Under the pieces are notes generated by a model, which saw nothing but the letters and a program-made list of their open reading frames with translations, was not told the origin of the DNA and did not search any database. A stretch of DNA of 64,000 bases from Amphiscolops sp. MND2022 (lineage: Eukaryota), in the NCBI GenBank assembly GCA_964187785.1, contig OZ076410.1, positions 71,920,001 to 71,984,000 on the forward strand. Reading direction: 5' to 3'. A program made the translations under genes and the position numbers. Positions within the stretch are counted from its first letter, which is position 1. Each line of letters opens with the position of its first letter. Shown in pieces: positions 13,760 to 23,900 of the stretch.

Positions 13760-14158
13760 TCAATCATTATAATTTGAAAAGTGCTTCCAAACTGACATAC
13801 TTCTGTGTTGACCCTGCGATGGGTGCAACTCGTTCAGTGTGAATAGCCTTGATGTTGAGGCTTGATTTTCGATCTCGTCGGGATCTGAGGCGAGGTTTTC
13901 ACTATTGGCCGGCTGACCGGACAATGAATCTATTTTTGAGGACAAATTCTCGATCATTTTTAAAATCTCCCTTTGTCCGACTTCAGTATCTTTTATCCTT
14001 CTGGTCACTGACTTTTCAATTTTCTCAGACAGCTCAGAGAAGTCTCGGTCGGAAATACTGGGAACGTTTTCAGTTCTCAAACTGGTTGCTTCAGGCTCGC
14101 CTAGTGAACTAGTCACTGAATCTCTCCTGGCTTTCCTTTTTGAGGATCTTTCAGGCAT
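13760..14158 (-). other. Copy of the Gag N-terminal 118 codons in the 3' LTR, reading out into flanking DNA
   Basis: Near-identical to the gag start (MPERSSKRK...PSQGQH), then continues into the flank (RSMSVWKHFSNYND*). Confidence 0.9.
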
Positions 14159-16009
14159 TTTCCAGGTTTGGGATTTGTAAGCTCGAGATTATCCAACGAG
14201 AAGGTGAGGAAAAGGTTGAGATTTTTAATCTTCAATTGTATTTTTCAAAGTGAAAAGCAAAGTTGTTTTACAACGAGCGATTATTGAATTTCAAGATTCT
14301 AACAAAATTGTCAAATTATCAACTTGCTGAAATTATCAAGACTATTTCTCACTGCAATTATTCAATTTTTCAAAGTATAAATACTTTTCACCCACGTGAA
14401 GCGGGGAAAAATCCGCACCACTTTCACGCTTCATTCAGCCCGGCGTCCCTCCAAGGCGGAGAAACAGGAAGTTCAGTTCCGCTTTGTCGAACTCAGACTC
14501 TCAGTTTGTTCATGCTTTCCGAGGAAAGCACGCGTCCACTTCCTGTCTGAGTTGCGACTCCGCTTCCCTTCACCTCCAACTCCCGCCTTTTCAAGACGCC
14601 GAAACTGAACAAAGTGTGAAAAAAATTAGTCACTGCGCACGCCCAAAGAGCGAAATGATCGAACAAAACAACAAATTGGAAATTGGGAAAATGAGAATTT
14701 CCCGAATTAATTTGGTTCAAATATTGCACAGCGAGATGATTATTTAATAAGAAATATAAATTAGCTCATAAAGTTCACTCATGAGAGCTTAAAAATCACA
14801 AATTCGAGTATAAATTGGAAAGCTCGGTCCCAGGCTGAGGTCTGGAACGGTTGAGGCAAAATAAAATCATTTCCCGAAAAATAATGAATAATTATATCAA
14901 CAACAAACAATTCAGTGATTAGAATCAACTCGAAAATACGGTTCGAGTCTCTTCCCAATCTAGTTGAGTGGAAATTGACTCTAAACAAGGCAACACAAAC
15001 CATTTATGGAGATTAAACAAATTAAATCGAACATTTAATCCCAGGCCAAGGTCTGGTCCGCGGCTTGGCGTTCTCAAATTAAATACTGCATTTACATGGT
15101 TAAAATCATCATACATTGCATGCAATCAATCATTATCGCTTACTGTTGTATGTGTTACGTCACTGCTCCCTCGCGAGAGCGGATAAATGGTTAGGGGGAT
15201 CGATATTTTCAATTCCAGGATGGATTTGGTCAGAATAGATTTCAGGCCGTGTCTCAGGCCGCGGTCTACTTCATTTAGCACTTGAACATGGTTTATCTGT
15301 AAAAATAGCATCATACTTCATTCTTTATCTTCAGGCATCTTTTGAGATTGCAGGCATTGATTGGTAGGCTCATTAGGAGCAGAAAAGATCACTATTAACA
15401 TTAACAATTTCCATTTCTACAATGGATTTTATAGATTTACATTTCAGGCCATGTCCTGGGCCGCAGTATATCGGTATTTCAAAGTTAGCTCCAATACTTG
15501 TTTATATGGACAATTACATGTATAACGTTGTTCTAATACTCGTTCAACGCATCAACAGGTGTACATGTATTCACAAAATAGCATAATTAGTGTTAGAGAT
15601 TGATTCGTAGCACTTTCATTCTCAGGCCACTCGCCAGGCCACCGCTTCACTGCGCAAATCTCAGGCCGGCTGCCAGGCCGCAGTTCCGCCATTATTCATT
15701 CAGGCCGCTTACTGAGCGGTGTGATTGTATTACTATTAATTATATAGCACCGTATTAATACTATTAACTGCACAAGTAGCTTTATACCGGTTAGTACACT
15801 GTATGTAAGTATATATAACTACATAAATATTAATATATAATTTCTTCTAATTATTATATTATTTAGCGCCATTATTTCAGGTTGTATGGATTGAACTGAT
15901 TGTTTTCTGGTTTTTTGTTTTCATTTTTCCTTTTTCCATTTCCTAATTTATTCTTCGAAGACTGGGTTGATTCTGCTGCAATACTCACAGCTCAAGTGGG
16001 GCTGTGACA
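13804..16009 (-). repeat. 3' LTR of element 1 (2206 bp)
   Basis: Direct repeat of 27957-30162. I counted 10 substitutions and no indels (~99.5% identity). Minus strand starts TGTCACAGCC and ends GGTCAACACA. Confidence 0.98.
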
Positions 16010-16547
16010 GTCCTCGGCTTCGTTGCCCAGTTCCCTCAGGAAGGAGAAATTGGGAAATGGATCGTATCGGTGTATCAAACAAAGTGGTGAGGTCATCTCT
16101 CATTGAATCGTATGATCGCCATGAAGAGCTGCTTTCCCAACTGCTGCCTGACCAGTAGCCTTCTGAGCTGCTGTCGGCCTCGCTTATCGAGCTCATAGGG
16201 CTGTCGACAAAATAATCAGGGCTGTTTTGGTCCTCTTGATTGAATCGTCTGATGGGGCTCATGAATTCGTCATCTGGGATAACCGGATTATCTGTGGTGA
16301 ACCTTCGTATTACTCCTTGTTCATTTTCGACGTTAATTGCATTCACAAGTGGTTGTTCGTGAACAAGGACTATGTGTATGTCTTCCGTCTTGACTATTTC
16401 ATAAACAATAGCAGGCTGCGTTGGGTTGATGATACGATAATTAGGCGGTGGAGTACTGGGCCTTTGTTCAGTCGGTGTTGGCTGTTGATCTCGTTCAAGA
16501 ATAAAAACGTCTTCGTCTGCTTGGTTATTTGAAATGGGATGATTCAT
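15948..16547 (-). CDS. Sense-strand accessory ORF-X (199 aa, acidic, Ser/Pro-rich) crossing the PPT and ending inside U3
   Basis: ATG at 16547, uninterrupted frame. The last 20 residues (SQPHLSCEYCSRINPVFEE*) are encoded by the first 62 nt of the LTR. Confidence 0.7.
   Translation of the reverse strand: MNHPISNNQADEDVFILERDQQPTPTEQRPSTPPPNYRIINPTQPAIVYEIVKTEDIHIVLVHEQPLVNAINVENEQGVIRRFTTDNPVIPDDEFMSPIRRFNQEDQNSPDYFVDSPMSSISEADSSSEGYWSGSSWESSSSWRSYDSMRDDLTTLFDTPIRSISQFLLPEGTGQRSRGLSQPHLSCEYCSRINPVFEE
16010..16024 (-). other. Weak polypurine tract of element 1 (AACGAAGCCGAGGAC)
   Basis: Purine-rich but imperfect; immediately precedes the 3' LTR on the minus strand. Confidence 0.5.
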
Positions 16548-16771
16548 TATAATAGCAAGCTGAGTGTCAATCAGTTTTCAGTACAACTGATTTGCTTCGC
16601 TTGGAAAATTTGTTCACACGGTTTGTGTCAACTCCGTGAATTGTTCAGCTGGCAGACTGAACAACTCTCCTTATATAGTAGATAACTTCTAGTATTAATA
16701 ATTCCATTGTTTTACGCCACATCTTCGTTGTTTTGTTGTATTCGGGTATTTTTCAGAAAGTTCTGCGAAGT

Positions 16772-19700
16772 ATGAGTTCCACAGAGGAAGATAATGCTTT
16801 ACTGTGTCAGAGTCAGGAGGTTGGACTGAAAGAGAGTGAGGCTGAGGCGGAGTCAGTCGTCGAGTCAGTGGTTCGTGGAGAGGAGAGAGTAGAGGATGGT
16901 GGTGACAAGGATGAAAATGATGAGGCGGGTGATGCAGGCCATGGGGACGAAGTTGAAGAAACAGGTGAGGAAGAAGCTGGTGGATTACCTGTGCCAGGTT
17001 TTGGCGAGAAAGATGTTCCTAGTGGCGACGATGATGAAGAGATTGGCAGTTGTGTGGCGACCGGTTCCTTCCATTCTGCTACGAGCGATGATCGCCATGA
17101 GATGGACTACTTAGCAAAGAAGAAAGGTAAGCTTTTCTAGAAATTGATGGGTGGCCGGCCCTTTCTAGGCATCGTTAGTGAACGCGTTCTTTTTCATCTA
17201 CTTTCTGTAGTTACTGATGGTGACTATGTCCCCGGTCGTCGTGCTAGATCCCGGAGTAAGAAAAAGCAGCCGACGAGTCGTGTGTTGTCAACTGGGAGTG
17301 TGCACTCAGCAAAACGGGTTCGATTGGCAGACATTGTTTCTGGGTCAGTCTCCAGGCCACCGCCTCTGTATGACAGCTCTGGTGATGACTATGTGCCCCC
17401 CATGATTTCTGCTTCACATACTCTTGAAAGTAGGTATTCTGTCTTCTTTCTTGTGTCATATGAATACATGTATCAGAGTATTGCATTTTTAGGGACAATT
17501 TTCTGAGTTCCGTGTGTTTCATATGTTGCTTTTTTGTAGTCGTTGAGCCTGGGACTGCGCCGAGGGTTCATTCTTCTGAGGACAGTGATGTTTTCATCTG
17601 TGAGGATGCTGTTGGTACCCCTGCCCCCGAAAGTGACGCTGTCTCAGTGTTTCCCGCAGAGACTTCCGGGCGTACCCGGACTCAGCATGGTCGAGCTGCT
17701 GTAGGGGTGGAAGCTTCAGTTGTCTACAACGATTGGGATACTGGTATGTTGAACTGTATTTGTTTTGTACTTCATGTCGTCGCTTCCTTGGTTCTGTAGT
17801 TGTTTGGCCGGCTTTAGGTTAGCTTCTGTATCCTTTACGGTGGGTAACATGTGTTGTTTTTGTTATTAGTTGGCTTGGCACCTGTTCCCCCTGAGTCGCC
17901 GATGATGATGTCAGCTGCTCAGTGTGTAATGCTGGCCCGGAGTGCTGCCCGAGCAGAACGTACTGAGGCACTGAAGGAGACGAAGAACTTGACAAAGCGT
18001 GAGTGCATGTTTTCTTTCTTGTTTTGGGTTTTGTTCTGTTCTGCTGACTGTTATGCTTGTTTCTTTGGTGTTACTCTCTTTGTCTGTAGGTTGATTGTGT
18101 GATTGGTTTGGTTTTCTTTGTGTCATTTGTTTGATCACCGGTTGTTGTATTTAGAGTTCGAAGAGTTATCCCGGCTACTGAAAAGGAAAGGCATCGATGC
18201 TAACAATCCTGGCCGAGTGCTTGACCCTTTAGAAGCAAAGAAAGAGAAATTGTTGGCCCGAGAGGAGGAACGTGCTAAGAAGCAGACGGAACGGCACGTG
18301 TTAACAAAGGCCATGAGTGATCATGCTATCCCCAGGCTATTCGTCAGCCGACGAAACGACAAGAGCCCCAATGGATTCAACTGCTCGATTTGTCAGAAAG
18401 ACGTTTCCTTTTTATCTCGTGGTGCTCGTGGAATCTGGAGGCACTTCAAGTGCAAAGGCCACTACCTCAAAGATCGTCGGTACCGTTACGACCACGAGGA
18501 TGTGATCTACACTGAAAAGTTGGATCCCATCCGGGTTGCAGACCTGTCAACTGAGCAGCGTGCTGAAATTGAGGAAACGCCCCCCGTGGTACTGGGCAAA
18601 ATGAATAAATTCATCGAAGACGAGGTGGATGCATTGGTTGGTGTCCCTTCCAATGTGCCTCCAACTACTCTTGTGGGATGTTTGTTCGAGCTGCTGAGGA
18701 GCGGTGGGTCTCAAGTGTTCCTGCGTCGGTTATGGAATCAGTTCCGGACGACTTTGCCTGTCGAGAGCCCGTACGCTTCAGTGACCTGGAGCAAAACAGA
18801 GACTCTGGTGGTCCTTGTGCAGACCTTGTATCCCCGTGTGCTTCGTCGCGTGAAGTCGTGGCTAGGTGACAGCCCGTTTAGCTTGCCGCTGCAGGCTTCA
18901 TACTCCGGTGTGAAATGCATCGTCCGTTGCTGCCCCGACGACTGCCTGCGCGAAGTGCATCTCTTTGACGAGGACCGTGGCGCAGTTTCTTGTGAGGCCG
19001 AAATGCAGTGTCTGTCGCGAGTTTTGTCGCTTGTTTCAACGAGTCGAGGGCCTGCAACCATCGTGGACTGTCCTCCGGTCCTTTTCAATGCTTATGTTGA
19101 CTGGTGTTGCTCAGTAGGGCGTCCTGTGCCTATTGTTTCCGTGACCTTTGGCCCTGATCTGTTACGTCGTCTGATCAACGAATCCAGTTTTGTGTGTGTT
19201 GGGTCTGTGGATCCATTTGCGACCGTGGAGTACCTAGTACAGCGCCTGAAACGAGTTCGGCATCAGGCATGGTTATTGAATTTACCTCAGTTACGTCTGT
19301 GTCTTGAGTCTGGAGTCGTGCCCTTTGAGTCATTGTGTGAAGTATTGCAGGAGTTACTGGATAACTGGGCTGATGTAAAACTTTGTTTGTCTAACGATGT
19401 TCTGTTGATGAAGAAGGCAGTTAACGTGGTTGATTTGGGCTCTTTGCTGTGTTCAGACCGCTTGGGGTTACCTCGGCTGGCCTTATTGCACGTCATCCTG
19501 TTATGCTACTGCTCAAACTTCAGGAAACAGCAAGATCCAAATGTCCGAGATTACGCTTGTCGTAATTTCACTGATTTTTGCTTCTTTTACTGGAGTCTTC
19601 TGGGTAAAGTGAAGAAGGTCAGTCAGCTTCCATCAGTCGACAATTGGTTCGAGTACATCGATCAGCCTTTGACCAACTGGGCTAACGTTACTGCCTCTGA

Positions 19701-20619
19701 ATGTTTGCGGGCTGAACCGAGTATCCTTTCTGCATTGCGAGGCTTTGATGATGCTGCCCGCCGATCGTTCCTGCGAGATTGTCAGCTATATCTGTTGGAG
19801 TTTTTGAAGCAGCTTGGTTCGTCCAATTATGCTAATTCTCGTATTGCCCGCTCGCTCAGCTGCTTGAGCGTGGATATGTTGGTGTGCGGGGATGCGGAGT
19901 ATGTCGTGGACCTGTTCCAGGATTTAGTGACCTGTCTCCAAGAAGGTGGTTATCTGAGTGGTTTAGACCGCGAGTCGTCTGTTAATGAGTTCAAGTCCTT
20001 AGTCGTGGAACTCCGTGAACGGTCAGTCGACCCTGCTTGAATCCCGGATATATTTACATATTTGGAAGCCAGTGAAGTCTATCAGTGTCGGAGTCATGTG
20101 AAGCAAGTTGTCCGTCTGTTGCGAGTGATTGTAAGTCCTGCTTCTAGTGCGATGCCTTCAGTGGATGTTTCGATGAGTGGGATTGGGCTGCCAGTTTCTG
20201 CCATACGGTCTGGTTTGAGTGCAGTGCAGTCTTTTGTCCTTCATCCGAAGTTCGTTTCGAATGATCTGTTAACGGTTGAGTGTCTGGAGGAATTAAAGGT
20301 TAATCTGCCAGCTGGGCATCAGTTCCTTGCGCGTACCTCCTTTGATGTCTGTGATGGTGTCAGTCGGCATGCTTGGAAGGACATATTCGAGAGTCTATTC
20401 CAGTGCTATAATGCGTACTATTCTGGTCAAGTTGAGGAGTGGAGGTCGCGTATGTTGGCTGGGCCGTCTTCCCGAGGTGAATGTTCTGGTGCTGCTTCTG
20501 TTGCTGACACTGTGCCTCTGGCTGAGGCTTCTGGTTCCAGGCGGGCTACTTCAGGTTCGTCTGTAGAAAAAGGGAAAGGCAGTCACAAGAAAGGCCGCCA
20601 GCACGGGAAATCCTGTTGA
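16772..20619 (+). CDS. Antisense five-exon gene inside element 1: acidic N-terminus, C2H2/BED-like zinc finger, hAT-like body (one internal TGA at 20038-20040)
   Basis: Exons 16772-17126, 17211-17429, 17540-17743, 17870-17998 and 18155-20619. Introns are GTAAGC..TGTAG (84 nt), GTAGGT..TGTAG (110), GTATGT..ATTAG (126) and GTGAGT..TTTAG (156), all phase 1. The spliced frame is open over 1124 codons except one TGA. Zinc finger CSICQKDVSFLSRGARGIWRHFKCKGH. Confidence 0.88.
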
Positions 20620-20987
20620 ACTCTGTTGAGAGAGGAAAACAAAACTTTTGATGAGCTTCTTTTGAACTTGTTTGATTGATATTCTTGATATGGTTGCTGA
20701 TTTGTTATTTATTTGTTTCTTTTAGCGTCGTGCGGTTCCACGAGTTGGTTCCATGAAGAAAAAAATGAAAGAGAAAAAAAAGGTAAAAATCCATGCTCTG
20801 GTGTTGTGAAGCAAACCAGAAAGTTCGAGGCGTCTCAATTATCTGTTGGGTCTTTTGGAATTTAGTATTTAGCCTCTGCATCGTTTTCATCCAAGTCGTA
20901 GAGTGAGAGAGTGATAAGCCATTGTAGATTGAGGAGATTTGAGATTCAGTTGTAGATCGGCCGTCCAGGTTAGAGCCTGGGGCCACA

Positions 20988-23900
20988 TTAATTTTCTGAT
21001 CTTGGGCCCCCGTCTGGGCTGAGGTCTGCTAGGATCTGTATTTCTGGGCCGTCGCCCAGGCCTTCGTTTTGAATTGCGGGATTTTCGGAGTTTATTTCTA
21101 CTGCATTATAGTATGCGAAATCTGGTTTCCAATTTGAAGCTGGGTTTCGTCGGAGATTGTAATGAGATTTTCGGGGGGATTTAGGAACGGGTGGACAATC
21201 TTCGGGTTCTTCAGTGCCTAGGTCTGGGTCATCTGTCTGGGTTCCTGGGTGGTTATTACTGCTTCCAGGTCCATGCTCTGGGTCGGGGTTCGAAGGGCTG
21301 GGGTATATTGGGTCAGTATCTGGTTCCTGTGCTTGGGGTATTACTTCGGGTTCGGGTGGCTGACTATTTGCGGGGTGGGTAGGGTGTTCTTGATGAAGTT
21401 CCTGCCAAGCCATTGCGAAAAGGTCATCGTGCTGTATAGGCACTTCGGTGTCCTGCTGGAAATCTTTAGGCGCAACTGAGATGTCAGGCAGTTTGTGGCT
21501 GCTTGCGAATGGTCGTAGTCTGATTCTGTGCAGGATTTGGGTGAGGTTCGTTTGGAGTTTTCGGATTAAATAGTTATTATTGGGTAGGGTTTTGACCACG
21601 ATATATGGTCCCGTCCAAAGGTATTCCCGAAACGGCAGTTTTGTCGCTTGGCTATGCGCCTTTGGATGCAATGCATAGCAGTAGTCGTTTACTACCAGTG
21701 GGTTTGCTGATGCCTTTCTGTCATAATAGCGTTTATGACGGACATAGGCCTGCATCAGAGCTTACTGGCTTTGGTTGAGGATCTGTTGTGTTTGTTGTAA
21801 CACTCCCTCGGCTATCTCGTGGTTGATTGGGGTAGGGGGCTGTGGCTTGAGTCCATATTTCAGGTCAAGTACATTGTAGGGCACTCTTCCGTGAAACACT
21901 CTGCTGGGTTCGCATCCTAGTGATGTGTGGTATGAGGTATTGTAATTCAATACCGCCATCGGTAGGAATTGATGCCACATCGTGCGCCGTTCCCCTGTCA
22001 TTATTTTGAGGCTTTCCTTCAGGGAGGCGTGAGTCCTCTCCAGGATGCCGATCGTCTGAGCGTGTTTCGTGGTGGCGTGTTTCAGTTGGATTCCCAGTGC
22101 AGTGGTGGTTTGTTGCATCGCTTCTGATATGAATTGGGATCCCTTGTCCGTTATGATTGTTGTGGGTAAAAAGCAATGTCTGGTGATGATGTCCATTAGG
22201 ACTCTGGTGACCGTTCTGGTATCAATTCTAGCGACACTGTAGGCGAATAGGTACCTGGAGAAGACATCCATTGCTGTAATGACTGCGGTGTAACCTCCTG
22301 ATGGGTCATCGAAGGGGACTATGTCCATCTGGAGTGCGTCTTCGGGTCCCATTGCTATTTTTGACATGTCGATCAGCGGTGGTGTGATGGTGCTATTGGG
22401 TGTCCGCTTTGTTTGGGCGCATTCCATACATTGTGAGATATGGTTGGCTATTCGGGCGGCAAGTCCTGGGTAGTAGTATTTCTCGCGGCATTGTTGAATG
22501 GTTTTGGCTATGCCCGGGTGTCTTCCATATTTGCCATGATGGTGGTGTATGAATTCGTTGACCAGTTGTTGGGGGAGCAGCACTTGTAAATATTTGACTT
22601 TCCCAGTATCCCCAAAATATTGTCTATACAAGAGGCCGTCTTTGATGATGATCCTATCTTCTTGGGCTAGGTACTTCGCTGCTCTGGGGTCGTCATTGAG
22701 GAGTTGGGTGTCGTACGGCTCCTTCAATATTTTGAGCTTGAGATTTCTGAGGACAGGGTCCTGGTCCTGGTGTGGTCTGAGGCTGCGTGGAAAACTGTTT
22801 TCATTGTATAGCTGGCGCCTTTGTTTCTGTTCCGGGTCTTGGATGCTGTTGCAAACCAGGGGCAGATTCTCCGTTTGAGGGTTTGGTTCGGTTGTATCAG
22901 TTTGAGTATTGGTTGGTTGTTCTTGGGGGTTATAGATTTTCTTTCGGGCACTCTGTTTGCGTTCCCAGATGTCTTCTTCAGTTTCGGAATCGTCTTCTGG
23001 CAAGAAGTAAAATTGGTCCTCCTCATGTATATCTGAGGATTGGATGTTCACTTGGATGGGTGTTGTCTGGATATCTTCTCTGATTTGGAGAAGGACTTTT
23101 TCCTTGGGACTGATGTCCAATCGGGAGAGGAAGTCTGCCGCCGTGTTCATCCTTCCTGGCACATGGGCGATTTTGAAATGGAATTGGAACACGAAATCAC
23201 AAGCGTTCCATAGGGAGGGTGGAATCATTTTGGTTTGAAAAAACCTTGTGACTGATTTATTGTCTGTTAGGACGATGGTTGGCTTGGAGGAACCCCACAA
23301 GATGTGACTATACTCCATGAAGGCGAAATAGATGGCTAAAAACTCCTTGGCATAAATTGACCTTTTCAATTGTGACGGAGAGAAAGTTTTAGATCCAAAT
23401 GCCACGGGAGCATAGGTTTTCTTGGTGGAGGTGAGTTTCTGTTCTGGGTCCTCTTCGGTCATTAAGGCGTAGCCTGCGTTCTTGAAATTGGCGTCAGTCA
23501 TCATGACATACTGCCGGTTTGGCAGCGGCTGTTTGAGCCAGAGCCCGCACGCGTTGTCTAAGGACTTGTTGATGGCCTCAAAGTTTGCTATGAGCTCTTG
23601 GTCGATTTTGGCATGCTTGTCAGATTTGATGAGTTCGTGGAAAGGGGCGATCTTCTCGGATAATCGAGGAATGTAATTTCTGTAATAGTTCACAAATCCG
23701 ATATATCGTTGAAGTCCTTTCTTCGTTCGGGGGAACTTGAGTGTTTGCAAGTATTTCTGTATCTTGTGGCTCTGGGGTGCTACACCTGATGGGGAGATCG
23801 TTCGCCCAAGGAATTCGACTTCCTTGGCGCCGAACTGACATTTCGCCATTGTGAGCCGGAGTCCTGCGGCGCGGATGCATTGGAAGACCTCTCTCAATTT

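Noticed and set aside
16772-20619. Antisense gene as an independent hAT transposon nested in the Gypsy
   Set aside because: No TIRs or 8-bp TSD seen, the presumed catalytic Asp is absent, and a homolog occupies the same position in a second Gypsy family.
16010-20987. Extra region of element 1 as an env gene
   Set aside because: The main ORF is antisense and spliced, and I see no signal peptide, furin site or transmembrane anchor.
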